From Patescibacteria group bacterium (GTDB lineage: Bacteria; Patescibacteriota; SICC01): a stretch of 64,000 nt of DNA. This document shows positions 11,419-20,837 of the stretch, one piece after another. Where the stretch lies: contig JBBDXB010000006.1 of the NCBI GenBank assembly GCA_040902515.1, forward strand, positions 574,017 through 638,016, in the 5' to 3' direction. The notes below the pieces were generated by a model that saw only the letters and a program-made list of their open reading frames with translations, did not search any database and was not told the DNA's origin. Numbering within the stretch: the first letter of the stretch is position 1; each line of letters starts with the position of its first letter. The translations under genes were made by a program, and so were the position numbers.

Positions 11419-12671
11419 CCAAGTTCATCATCGATGGTCCGTGCACGCTGCGAGGTACCACCAAAGTGGAAGGCAGCAAGAACGCCGCCCTGAAAATCCT
11501 GGCGGGAACCTTGTTGGCACATGAGCCGGTCACCCTGACGAACGTCCCGAAGATACGCGACGTGTCCGTCATGCTCGATATCCTCCGGTGCTTCGGCATG
11601 AAGATCACGGGCGCCCCGCCGCGCCTGAAGCTGGATCCCTCGAAGCTTCGTCCGGCGCCGATCCCGGACCATCTGTCACGGAGCCTGCGTGCCTCCATCG
11701 TGGTACTCGGTCCGGCCTTGGCACGGTTCGGCCGCGTGCGGGTGGCACATCCCGGGGGAGACGTGATCGGTCGTCGTCCGCTGGACACCCACTTTCGGGC
11801 GATCAAGGCACTCGGAGGGTCGGTTGAACAGACGAACTCCCACTATCGGATTACTGCCAAGCGCTTGCGGGGCAAGGAGATTTTCCTGGAGGAAGCCTCC
11901 GTCACCGCGACCGAGAACCTGATCATGGCCGCGGCCACGGCGAGGGGCACCACCCGTATCCACAACGCCGCTTCGGAACTGCATACCGCGGACCTGGCGA
12001 AATTCCTCACCACTCTCGGGGCGGACATCGAAGGGGCCGGCACCAACCTCGTGACCGTCCGTGGCGTGGAGCGTCTCGGCGGAGGCGTCCATGAGGTGCG
12101 GCCGGACGAGATCGAAGCCGCTACCCTGATGATCGCCGCGGCGCTGACGGACGGTGACGTGACGTTGACCGGCGTGGATCCGGAACGTTTCGGCATGATC
12201 CTGATCAAGCTGCGGGAAGCGGGCATCCGCTTCACCACGCATGGCGATCGCATCAGGGTCCATGGCCGCCAGCGGATCCGGCCGACTAACGTCAAGACCA
12301 ACATCTGGCCCGGATTCCCGACCGACTTACAGCCGCCGTTCACCGTGCTGATGACCCAGGCCAAGGGGATGAGCGTGATCCACGACTGGATGTACGAGGG
12401 CCGGCTCTTCTATACGGACAAGCTGGTCTCGATGGGAGCGAATATCACCATGGCCGACCCGCACCGGATCATCGTGCTCGGACCGACGCCGCTCGCAGCC
12501 AAGGAACTCGAAAGTCCGGATATCCGGGCCGGTATCAGCTTGTTGGTGGCGGCGCTGATCGCGAACGGCAAGACGACCATCGACCATGCGGAGTGGATCG
12601 AACGCGGATACGAACGCATCCCGGAACGGCTACGACGCCTCGGGGCGAAGATCAGGCGCGTTGCCGAGTAA
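11415..12671 (+). CDS. murA: UDP-N-acetylglucosamine 1-carboxyvinyltransferase
   Basis: GSKNAAL, PGGDVIGRRP, SVTATEN, PGFPTDLQ. Confidence 0.97.
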   Translation: MTKFIIDGPCTLRGTTKVEGSKNAALKILAGTLLAHEPVTLTNVPKIRDVSVMLDILRCFGMKITGAPPRLKLDPSKLRPAPIPDHLSRSLRASIVVLGPALARFGRVRVAHPGGDVIGRRPLDTHFRAIKALGGSVEQTNSHYRITAKRLRGKEIFLEEASVTATENLIMAAATARGTTRIHNAASELHTADLAKFLTTLGADIEGAGTNLVTVRGVERLGGGVHEVRPDEIEAATLMIAAALTDGDVTLTGVDPERFGMILIKLREAGIRFTTHGDRIRVHGRQRIRPTNVKTNIWPGFPTDLQPPFTVLMTQAKGMSVIHDWMYEGRLFYTDKLVSMGANITMADPHRIIVLGPTPLAAKELESPDIRAGISLLVAALIANGKTTIDHAEWIERGYERIPERLRRLGAKIRRVAE

Positions 12672-12740
12672 CAGGCCGCGTAGTAGGATGAGCGGTGCGC
12701 TCGGTTTTGCGCAAAATTATAGGTTGAATGTACGAACACG

Positions 12741-13751
12741 TTGTTCAGTAAACGGATCGGTATTGATTTAGGCACTTCGAACGTCCTCGTCTACGTCGAG
12801 GATAAGGGCGTGGTTATCAACGAACCGTCGGTCGTGGCGGTCTCGACGGAAGATAACCGGGTGATGGCGGTCGGCCAGGAAGCCAAAGAGATGGTCGGCC
12901 GGACTCCTGAACAAATCGTTGCACATCGTCCGCTGGCGGACGGCGTGATCGCCGATTACCGCGTGACCGAAGCGATGCTCCGGTACTTCATCAACAAGGC
13001 GGTAGGGAGCGTCCGCTTCTTCCGCCCCGACGTGATGGTCTGCGTGCCGGCCGGCGTGACCTCGACCGAGCGGCGCGCCGTGATCGACGCGACCACGGCG
13101 GCGGGCGCGAAGAACGCCTACATCATCCGGGAGCCGCTGGCGGCGGCGATCGGCGCGGATATTCCGATCGGTTCCGCCTCCGGCAACATGGTGATCGACA
13201 TCGGCGGCGGAACGTCCGAGGTCGCGGTGATCTCGCTCGGCGGTATCGTGGCGGTGGAATCCGCCCGTGTCGGCGGCGACAAGTTCGACCGGTCGATCGC
13301 GGCGTACGTGCGTCGGCGGCACAACCTGGCGATCGGCGACGTCACGTCCGAGCAGATCAAGATCCAGATCGGTTCGGCCATGACGTTGCCCGAAGGCGAG
13401 GAGATGAGCATGGAGGTGCGCGGCCGGGACATGGTCGCGGAGATGCCGAAGACGATCACCCTCAAGACGAACGAGGTGGTGCACGCGATCCAAAGCCAGC
13501 TCACGGAAGTGATCCAGGCAGTGAAGGGCGTACTCCAGCAGACGCCGCCGGAGCTATCCGCGGACGTGATCGACCGGGGAATGGTGATGGCGGGCGGTGG
13601 CTCGCTCCTCCGGAACATCGACCGGGTGATCACCCAGGCGACGAGCGTGCCGTGCCATGTGGCGGAAGATCCGCTGTTCTGCGTGGTGCGGGGAACCGGC
13701 GTGGCCGTCGAGAACCTCGATTCGTACAAACGGGCCGTCGCGGTACGGTGA
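12741..13751 (+). CDS. mreB: Rod shape-determining actin-like protein MreB/Mbl
   Basis: IGIDLGTSN, DIGGGTSE, GGGSLLR; TTG start. Confidence 0.96.
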   Translation: MFSKRIGIDLGTSNVLVYVEDKGVVINEPSVVAVSTEDNRVMAVGQEAKEMVGRTPEQIVAHRPLADGVIADYRVTEAMLRYFINKAVGSVRFFRPDVMVCVPAGVTSTERRAVIDATTAAGAKNAYIIREPLAAAIGADIPIGSASGNMVIDIGGGTSEVAVISLGGIVAVESARVGGDKFDRSIAAYVRRRHNLAIGDVTSEQIKIQIGSAMTLPEGEEMSMEVRGRDMVAEMPKTITLKTNEVVHAIQSQLTEVIQAVKGVLQQTPPELSADVIDRGMVMAGGGSLLRNIDRVITQATSVPCHVAEDPLFCVVRGTGVAVENLDSYKRAVAVR

Positions 13752-13761
13752 CGTGGCCGAG

Positions 13762-14181
13762 ATGCCGGAACACCGCCCCGAACAGCGACCCGGGGTGGGC
13801 GTGGGCGTGTTCGTCATTCGCGACGGGAAAGTGCTGTTCGGTAAACGAAAGTCCGCGCATGGCGAGGGCACGTGGGCGCCGCCGGGCGGCAAGTTGGACA
13901 TGGGCGAGACCGTCGTTGATTGCGCGGCCCGGGAACTGAAGGAGGAGACCGGACTGACCGTTGTCCGAGCGGAAAGACTGCCGGTCTATACGGAAGACTT
14001 CTTCGAGGAACTGCATTTCATCACAACATACGTGCTGGCAGAAACCTCCGGCGAACCGAGCGTCATGGAGTCGGAAAAGTGCGAAGCATGGGGATGGTTT
14101 CCCTGGGATCGCAAGCCCGAGCCGCTCTTTTTGACTATCCGGAACCTGGACCGGCAAGGCTATCGTCCACCCGGCGCGTGA
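13762..14181 (+). CDS. NUDIX hydrolase
   Basis: Nudix box GGKLDMGETVVDCAARELKEETGL; start uncertain (GTG 13753 also possible). Confidence 0.9.
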   Translation: MPEHRPEQRPGVGVGVFVIRDGKVLFGKRKSAHGEGTWAPPGGKLDMGETVVDCAARELKEETGLTVVRAERLPVYTEDFFEELHFITTYVLAETSGEPSVMESEKCEAWGWFPWDRKPEPLFLTIRNLDRQGYRPPGA

Positions 14182-14231
14182 CGCGTCACGCGGGATGCCC
14201 GTCCCACCCTCGGTTGCGGTAACCTGAAGCC

Positions 14232-15332
14232 ATGCTGATCGGCATCGATGCATCGCGCGCCAACATCCCGGAGCGTACCGGGGTGGAGTGGTACGGCTAT
14301 CATTTGATCAAGGCATTCGCCAAGCTCGACCGGAAGAACGAATATAGGCTCTACGTCCGCGAGCCGCTCAGGAAGGACCTGCGGGATCTCCCGGACAACT
14401 TCGTGCCGGTCGTCGTGCCGGGGCAGCGCCTGTGGACCTACTGGGCGCTGAGCCGCGAGCTACGCCGGAACCCCGTCGACACGTTGTTCGTACCGTCGCA
14501 CACCGTACCGCTGGTCCATCCACGCCGGACGGTCGTCACCGTCCACGACGTCGGCTTCCGGAAGTTCAAACGGAACTACCGGCGCGCGCATTACCTGAGC
14601 CTGGCGCTCGGCACCAAGTGGTCCGTACGGCGGGCGAGTACCGTGGTGGTACCGAGCCGTACGGTGGCGCGGGAACTCGGCACGGCCTACGACCTTCCCG
14701 CCTCGAAAGTGGCCGTGGTCCCGAACGGCTTCGACCCGGACGCGTTCTCGGGAATCACCGCTTCACGGGTCGCGGAGGTGATGAAACATCATCGCATCAA
14801 GGATCCGTACCTGCTCTTCACCGGCCGGCTCGAGCTCCGGAAGAACGTATCGCGGATCATCGAGGCGTTTTATCGGCTCCGCGACTCCGGTCTTTTCGGC
14901 GGACAGCTGGTCCTGGTAGGCAATCCCGGATTGGGATACGAGGAGATCCGCCGCCTGATCATCAAGCGGCCCGTCCCCGATTACGTGGTACACACCGGCT
15001 ACCTTCCCGACGACGAACGGGCGGCGTTACTGAAAGGGGCACGGGGTCTCGTATTCCCCTCGTTGCACGAGGGGTTCGGCATCCCGATCCTCGAGGCGTT
15101 CGCCGCCGGAACGCCCGTGATCACCGCCGACCGTGGCGCGACCAAGGAGGTAGCCGGTACCGCCGCGCTACTGGTCGATCCGGAGAGCGTGGAATCGATC
15201 CACCATGGCATGGAACAGATCCTGGCCGATACCGGTCCGGCGCCGCGGCTGGTCGCGGCCGGTACGCAGCGGGTCCGGCAGTTCGGTTGGGACAAGACGG
15301 CCCTGCAGATCCTGGAGATCCTGACGAAATGA
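14232..15332 (+). CDS. GT4-family glycosyltransferase
   Basis: TGVEWY, VTVHDV, FPSLHEGFGIPILEAFAAGTPV. Confidence 0.92.
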   Translation: MLIGIDASRANIPERTGVEWYGYHLIKAFAKLDRKNEYRLYVREPLRKDLRDLPDNFVPVVVPGQRLWTYWALSRELRRNPVDTLFVPSHTVPLVHPRRTVVTVHDVGFRKFKRNYRRAHYLSLALGTKWSVRRASTVVVPSRTVARELGTAYDLPASKVAVVPNGFDPDAFSGITASRVAEVMKHHRIKDPYLLFTGRLELRKNVSRIIEAFYRLRDSGLFGGQLVLVGNPGLGYEEIRRLIIKRPVPDYVVHTGYLPDDERAALLKGARGLVFPSLHEGFGIPILEAFAAGTPVITADRGATKEVAGTAALLVDPESVESIHHGMEQILADTGPAPRLVAAGTQRVRQFGWDKTALQILEILTK

Positions 15333-16201
15333 GTCCCGAAGCACGACAGCCCGTGGAGGTCCTCGGCGTCCGGCTGGACGCGCTGACCGCGCCGGAGGCG
15401 GTGGCACGGATCCGGTGCGGCATCCAGGAAGGGAAGCGCTCGCACGTCGTGACGGTGAATCCGGAGATGATCATGCGGGCGCGTCATGATTCCGCTTATC
15501 GGAAGATCCTGAACGGGGCGGATCTCTGCCTGGCCGACGGCATGGGAACGATCTGGGCGGCGCACTACCTGGGCCGTCCGCATCGCCGCGGGCCGCTGCT
15601 GGCGCTGCGGGCGTATGGATTCGCACTGTGGTGGCTCCTGATGCTGGCGATCTGGCCGGCACGCCTGATGCGTCGGCTGCCCGGGACCGTGCCGGGGTCC
15701 GATCTGGTGCGCGATCTCACGGGCATGTGCGAGGAGTTCGGGTATCGGCCGTTCCTGCTAGGGGCGGCTTCCGGCGTAGCGGTCTCGGCGGCCGAGGAAT
15801 TGCAGGGGGAATTTCCCGAAGTGCGGATCGCGGGAGCGACGGCCGGCTCACCCCGGGCTGTCGACGATGCGTCCGTGCGCAGGGAGGTCGCGGCGGCGGA
15901 GGCGGAAGTGCTCTTCGTTGCCTACGGCGTGCCGAAGCAGGAGCAGTGGATCGCCCGGAACCTTCCGAAGCTCCCGCGGCCGATCGTCGCGGTCGGGGTC
16001 GGTGGCAGCTTCGATTACCTGGCGAAAGCGGCGTCCGTGGAAGGTGGATCCGTGGCTAAACCGCCGCCGGGCATCGTCCGCCGCCGCGGCTTCGAATGGC
16101 TCTGGCGGCTGATCACCCAGCCCTCGCGCCGGCGCCGGGTGGTGACCGCATTCCCGCTCTTCGTACGTGCCGTCGTCCGTGACGCCCGCCTTGACAAATA
16201 G
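15329..16201 (+). CDS. WecB/TagA/CpsF-family glycosyltransferase
   Basis: VTVNPE, ADGMG, PGSDL, VAYGVPKQE, GVGGSFD, EWLWRL. Confidence 0.92.
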   Translation: MSPEARQPVEVLGVRLDALTAPEAVARIRCGIQEGKRSHVVTVNPEMIMRARHDSAYRKILNGADLCLADGMGTIWAAHYLGRPHRRGPLLALRAYGFALWWLLMLAIWPARLMRRLPGTVPGSDLVRDLTGMCEEFGYRPFLLGAASGVAVSAAEELQGEFPEVRIAGATAGSPRAVDDASVRREVAAAEAEVLFVAYGVPKQEQWIARNLPKLPRPIVAVGVGGSFDYLAKAASVEGGSVAKPPPGIVRRRGFEWLWRLITQPSRRRRVVTAFPLFVRAVVRDARLDK

Positions 16202-16234
16202 CTTGGTTAAGGCTATATTTGGACATTCTACGGA

Positions 16235-17017
16235 ATGCCTATGAGTGAACGAGAATCGGACCAGCGTCCCGAAGCGGCTGAGTTCAGGGTGGAATCCGAC
16301 CTGGATCCGTGGCGGATCGAGGAAATGGTCGATGCGTTCCTCGAGGATCCCGATGCGCTGAACCGGACGTGGGACAAGCTCGCCCGGGACGAGCGGGAGG
16401 GCAGGCCGGATCCCGTCGAGCGGGCGTACGTTTCCGCGGCCACCAGGACCATCGTCGAGATGGCGAAGGAATCGGAACGTGACCACCTGACCGGCCTGCG
16501 AAACCGCCGGGCATTGGAAGGTACCGTCGACACCAGGGGGGATTTCGAGAAGGAGGTCGCCACCGCGAAACGCGAAGGGTACCCCCTTTCGTTCGTCGTC
16601 CTCGACCTCAAGGGGTTCGGGGAGATCAACGAGGAAAAGGACCATGCCATCGGCGACCAGACGCTCAGGGAAGTCGGGGATGCCATGAAGGCCATCGGCT
16701 ACCTGGTGCGTAGCCGCTTGCGGTCCGGTGACATCGGTTACCGCTTCGGCGGAGATGAATTCGGCATCATGCTCCCCCGGATCGGCTCGAAGGAGCAGGC
16801 CGAGACCATCGTCACGCGTTTGGGCAAACATTTCCCGACCAACCCGGTCACCGGTGCGCGGGTGGAGATGAACGAACCGCTGTCGGTCGTGACCTACCAG
16901 CCGACCGACCGGGAAGGCGATGATGCCGACGTGGCGAAGGAGCTTCTTGTGGAGGTTTGGCAAAACCTCCACAAAGACAAGGCTTCTGGGGACTCGGATC
17001 CGGCAGAAGCCGGATGA
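16235..17017 (+). CDS. Stand-alone GGDEF-domain protein (diguanylate cyclase)
   Basis: DHLTGLRNRR, GDQTLR, RSGD I-site, RFGGDEF. Confidence 0.88.
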   Translation: MPMSERESDQRPEAAEFRVESDLDPWRIEEMVDAFLEDPDALNRTWDKLARDEREGRPDPVERAYVSAATRTIVEMAKESERDHLTGLRNRRALEGTVDTRGDFEKEVATAKREGYPLSFVVLDLKGFGEINEEKDHAIGDQTLREVGDAMKAIGYLVRSRLRSGDIGYRFGGDEFGIMLPRIGSKEQAETIVTRLGKHFPTNPVTGARVEMNEPLSVVTYQPTDREGDDADVAKELLVEVWQNLHKDKASGDSDPAEAG

Positions 17018-17053
17018 CCGGGCAATGACGCTCTCCTGAGCTACACTGGAGCC

Positions 17054-18499
17054 ATGCCTGAGCAACGCGTGGTCACCCGGTTCGCACCGTCACCGACGGG
17101 GTATTTGCACGTCGGTGGTGCCCGGACGGCACTCTATGCCTGGCTCTGGTCCCGCAAGCACGGTGGTGAATTCCACCTGCGGATCGAAGATACGGACCGC
17201 CAGCGGTTCATGGCGGACGCGGAGGAGCAGATCAAGGACAGCCTGCAATGGCTCGGTCTTGATTGGGATGGTCCCATACTCCGGCAGTCGGAACGGCTCG
17301 AGAAGTACCGGCTCTACGCGGAGCAACTGATCAAGGACGGCCATGCGTACGTGTCGGACGAATCACCGGAGGAGACGAAGGCACTCAAGGAGCAATGGCG
17401 GAATACCGCTGCGAAGAACGGCCAACCGCTCCGGTATCGCGGTCGCGATCGGGATCTCTCGTATGAACCCGGTCGGCACGTCCATTTCCGTTGGCCGGAT
17501 GAACCGAAGCGGATGGTAATCACGTACTTCGAGCACCCCCGAAAACCCTGGAAGGTCTCCGTCGACCCGAAAGCCGCCCCGTCAGCGTTCGAGGACTTCG
17601 TCCTGGTCAAGTCCGACGGCTACCCGACCTACAACTTCGCGCACATCATCGACGACAAGGAGACCGGCGTGACCGCGGTCATCCGCGGCGACGAGTTCAC
17701 CTCGAGTCTCAACAAGTACTATGCGCTCTACGACGCGTTGGGATGGGGCAGGGAGCGGCCGGCGTTCTACCACGTCCCGACGATCCTCGGGCCGGACAAG
17801 GCCAAGCTCTCCAAGCGTCACGGCGCCGCGGACGTGCGTGATTACCGGGCCGCGGGATATCTGCCCGAGGCGCTCGCCAACTTCGTGGCGTTGATCGGGT
17901 GGAACCCCGGCGGTGACCGGGAGGTATTTCTCGACCTGAAAGAGCTCATGGAGGTGTTCGACCTTTCCGGCGTCCAACGCTCTCCCGGCGTCTTTGACGA
18001 AGAAAAGCTCCGTTGGCTGAACGGCGAACACATCAAGGCGCTCGGCGTCGAAGCGCTGTTCCGGCGGGCGGTTGCCGCTGGCTTCTGGACGGTCGGCGAC
18101 GCGGCCTATGACGAGCGGGTGCTCGGGATGTCCGCCGAGCGCATCCGCACCCTGGCCGAACTGAAAGGGATCAGGGAAGGCTACTTCTACCATCGTCCGA
18201 AGGTCACGCGGAAGCGCCTGGTGGGTAGCGAGAACCCCCAGACCGTTGGCGTCTGGCTGGAGCGGGTGCTGCGCGACCTTTCCGGTCTGCCGGACGTGGA
18301 TTGGAACGCGCAGCGGATCGAGAACGTCCTTAACGACCTACGCAATGAGCTCGACCTGGAGCCGAAGCAGCTGTACCCCGTACTCCGCATCGCGGCTACC
18401 GACGCCGACCGCACCCCGCCTCTGTGGGACCTGTTCGAGACCCTTGGCAAGGAAGAGACGGTCGCACGGCTCGACGCGGCGCAAAGCCTCGTCGCGTAG
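17054..18499 (+). CDS. gltX: Glutamate-tRNA ligase
   Basis: TRFAPSPTGYLHVGG, RIEDTD, KLSKR. Confidence 0.97.
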   Translation: MPEQRVVTRFAPSPTGYLHVGGARTALYAWLWSRKHGGEFHLRIEDTDRQRFMADAEEQIKDSLQWLGLDWDGPILRQSERLEKYRLYAEQLIKDGHAYVSDESPEETKALKEQWRNTAAKNGQPLRYRGRDRDLSYEPGRHVHFRWPDEPKRMVITYFEHPRKPWKVSVDPKAAPSAFEDFVLVKSDGYPTYNFAHIIDDKETGVTAVIRGDEFTSSLNKYYALYDALGWGRERPAFYHVPTILGPDKAKLSKRHGAADVRDYRAAGYLPEALANFVALIGWNPGGDREVFLDLKELMEVFDLSGVQRSPGVFDEEKLRWLNGEHIKALGVEALFRRAVAAGFWTVGDAAYDERVLGMSAERIRTLAELKGIREGYFYHRPKVTRKRLVGSENPQTVGVWLERVLRDLSGLPDVDWNAQRIENVLNDLRNELDLEPKQLYPVLRIAATDADRTPPLWDLFETLGKEETVARLDAAQSLVA

Positions 18500-18555
18500 G
18501 CGGCCCGTTGGTATCATAGGTGCAGCGGAAGCCGCTTCAAAATGCGAAAACAACC

Positions 18556-19236
18556 ATGACATTCACCATCAAGCAGCGTGAGTTCGAAGGTCCGCTCGAT
18601 CTGCTTCTCCAGCTGATCGAGGAGCGCGAGCTCGACATCACTGCCGTGGCGTTGGCCGAAGTGACCGACCAGTACCTCGGCCAAGTCCGGACGCTCTCCC
18701 GCGAGAACCTTTCGGAGATCTCCGACTACCTGGTGATCGCCGCCCGGCTTGTCGTGTTGAAGTCCCGTGCCTTGCTGCCGGTCGAAGATGAGGAAGTCCC
18801 GGAAGCGGACGACCTTGCCCAGCGACTCGCTGAATATAAGGTATACAAGGAACTGGCAGGGGCATTGGGGACGCGCGTGGAGGAAGCGGGACGGAGCATC
18901 GGCCGGCCGCCGCTATCGATCGAGCCGCCCCGGAAACTGGTGACCGACGGCGTGGACCTGACCGGCTTGCACCGGGCGTTTCGGTCGGTCCTGGCCGAAC
19001 TCCCGAAGCCGGAACGGCTGTCGGAGGAGACGCTGGAAGAGCAGGTCACGATCGACGAGTGCATCGGCGAGATCCGTCGCCGGCTGCTGGAAGGGCCGGT
19101 CGGATTCCGCTCGTTCTTCAAGGATGTCACCGGACGGGTGCGGATGATCGTCACGTTCCTGGCGATACTTGAGTTGATCAAGCAAGAGGCCCTGACCGTG
19201 CGGGACGACAAGGGGGTTACGCTGTGTCCGGCCTGA
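18556..19236 (+). CDS. scpA: Segregation and condensation protein A
   Basis: FEGPLDLLLQLI; VTFLAILELIK. Confidence 0.95.
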   Translation: MTFTIKQREFEGPLDLLLQLIEERELDITAVALAEVTDQYLGQVRTLSRENLSEISDYLVIAARLVVLKSRALLPVEDEEVPEADDLAQRLAEYKVYKELAGALGTRVEEAGRSIGRPPLSIEPPRKLVTDGVDLTGLHRAFRSVLAELPKPERLSEETLEEQVTIDECIGEIRRRLLEGPVGFRSFFKDVTGRVRMIVTFLAILELIKQEALTVRDDKGVTLCPA

Positions 19237-19769
19237 ACCCCGAACAGACGGTCGAGAGCATCCTCTTCGCGGCCGGGGAGCCGGTGCGGTTCTCCGACCT
19301 GACCGCTGTCACCGGTATGGCACGGAAGGAGCTCAAGGAAGCACTGACGACGCTCCAGGGCCGGTACGCCGACCGTGGTATCCGGATCGTCATCGGCGAG
19401 CAGGAGGCGCAGTTCGTGACCGCGCCCGAAACCGTCGATGTCGTCGGTGCGTTCCTCAAGCAGGAGCTTCGCGGGCGCTTGTCGAAGGGGGCGCTGGAGA
19501 CACTGGCGATCGTCGCATACCGGGGTCCGGTCACCCGTCCGGAGGTGGAATCGATCCGCGGCGTACAATCGGCCGCACCGGTCCGAACTCTCGCGATCCG
19601 CGGACTGATCGCGGAAGTCGGCCGCAAGCAGGAACCCGGCCGGCCGATCCTCTACGACACCACGATCGAACTACTGAAACATCTCGGCCTCGGTTCCAAG
19701 GAGGAATTGCCGTCAGTACCGGAAGAGCTTAAGGCACGGTTGAGGGAAGTCAGCACGTCGGCGGCCTGA
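19224..19769 (+). CDS. scpB: Segregation and condensation protein B
   Basis: ESILFAAGEP; LSKGALETLAIVAYRGPVTRPEVESIRGV; GRPILYDTT. Confidence 0.95.
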   Translation: MSGLNPEQTVESILFAAGEPVRFSDLTAVTGMARKELKEALTTLQGRYADRGIRIVIGEQEAQFVTAPETVDVVGAFLKQELRGRLSKGALETLAIVAYRGPVTRPEVESIRGVQSAAPVRTLAIRGLIAEVGRKQEPGRPILYDTTIELLKHLGLGSKEELPSVPEELKARLREVSTSAA

Positions 19770-20695
19770 TGGACTGGTTTACGCAACTCTGGCTGGGCAC
19801 GGTGGTGTTCGTCGGCGCGGTGTTTCCCGGAATCCTACCGGAGGCGGTGCCCCCGGCGCAGTCAGAACGCGTAGTGGCCGATGCGACCGTCCCGGCGCCC
19901 TTTCCCGAAAAGCGCCGGTCGGCGGTGGAGCCGGTGGTCGAAGCCGGCAGCGCATTGCTGGTCGACCTGGAGAGCGGCCATGAGTTGTACGCGAAGGATG
20001 CCGCCGCGAGGCGCCCGATCGCCAGCATCAGCAAGCTGATGACCGCCCTGGTCGCGACGGAACGATTGGCACCGGAACAGGAAATCGTCGCGCCGAAGCT
20101 CGCGAACTCCCCGGAAGAGTCGCTGATGGGGCTTGAGGAGGGTGACCGGCTCCATGTCGACGACGTGCTTGCCGGGGCGCTGATCGCCTCGGGGAACGAT
20201 GCCGCCGAAACGTTGGCACATGCCGTCTCCGGCTCGGAAGATGCGTTCGTCGAGTTGATGAACGAGCGAGCCCGGGAGCTCGGTATGCGCGAGACCCGCT
20301 TCTTCAATGCCAGCGGGTACGCGAAGGGCGAGAACGTTAGCTCGGCGCGGGACCTGGTGATATTGTCCCGGGCGGTACTTCAGGAGCCGCGCATTCGCGC
20401 CGCCGTTGCCGATCCGGAACGGACCGTCCGGGCGCTGAACGCCCGGGAGCCGACGCCCGGGAACCCCGATCCCGAGAGGACCGAATTCAGGTTGTTCTCG
20501 ACCGACCTCCTGCTCGATTCGTACCTGCCGATCGCCGGCCTCAAGACGGGCACCTCGGACGCCGCCGGGCCTTCGTTGGTGAACGTCCTGGAGCAGGGCG
20601 AGCGCCGGTTGCTCGCGATCGTGCTCGATTCGCCGGACCGCTTCCAGGAGAACAAGGCGATGCTCGACTGGGCGCTCCGTTCGTTCCGGTGGTAA
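19769..20695 (+). CDS. D-alanyl-D-alanine carboxypeptidase (peptidase S11)
   Basis: SxxK (ASISKLMT), SGN, KTG motifs. Confidence 0.92.
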   Translation: MDWFTQLWLGTVVFVGAVFPGILPEAVPPAQSERVVADATVPAPFPEKRRSAVEPVVEAGSALLVDLESGHELYAKDAAARRPIASISKLMTALVATERLAPEQEIVAPKLANSPEESLMGLEEGDRLHVDDVLAGALIASGNDAAETLAHAVSGSEDAFVELMNERARELGMRETRFFNASGYAKGENVSSARDLVILSRAVLQEPRIRAAVADPERTVRALNAREPTPGNPDPERTEFRLFSTDLLLDSYLPIAGLKTGTSDAAGPSLVNVLEQGERRLLAIVLDSPDRFQENKAMLDWALRSFRW

Positions 20696-20703
20696 AAATC
20701 TCC

Positions 20704-20764
20704 TTGCCTACGGCACTAATCTTGCTACAATAGCGCTGTCGGGTGGTGCTTTCGCATCACCGGC
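20704..20764 (+). promoter_or_regulatory. Promoter and leader hairpin upstream of der
   Basis: TTGCCT-16-TACAAT, then GTCGGGTGGTGC-TTTC-GCATCACCGGC hairpin. Confidence 0.5.
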
Positions 20765-20837
20765 GTCTCTGTTTGGTAACCATGCGCCGATTTCCAACGG
20801 CGGTCCGCTGCTGCGGGTCGCTCGGCGTGAATCCCAG

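Noticed and set aside
12735-12747. Firmicutes-type SOS box at the mreB start (GAAC-ACGTT-GTTC)
   Set aside because: Spacer is 5 nt rather than 4 and it does not match the palindrome at the lexA promoter.
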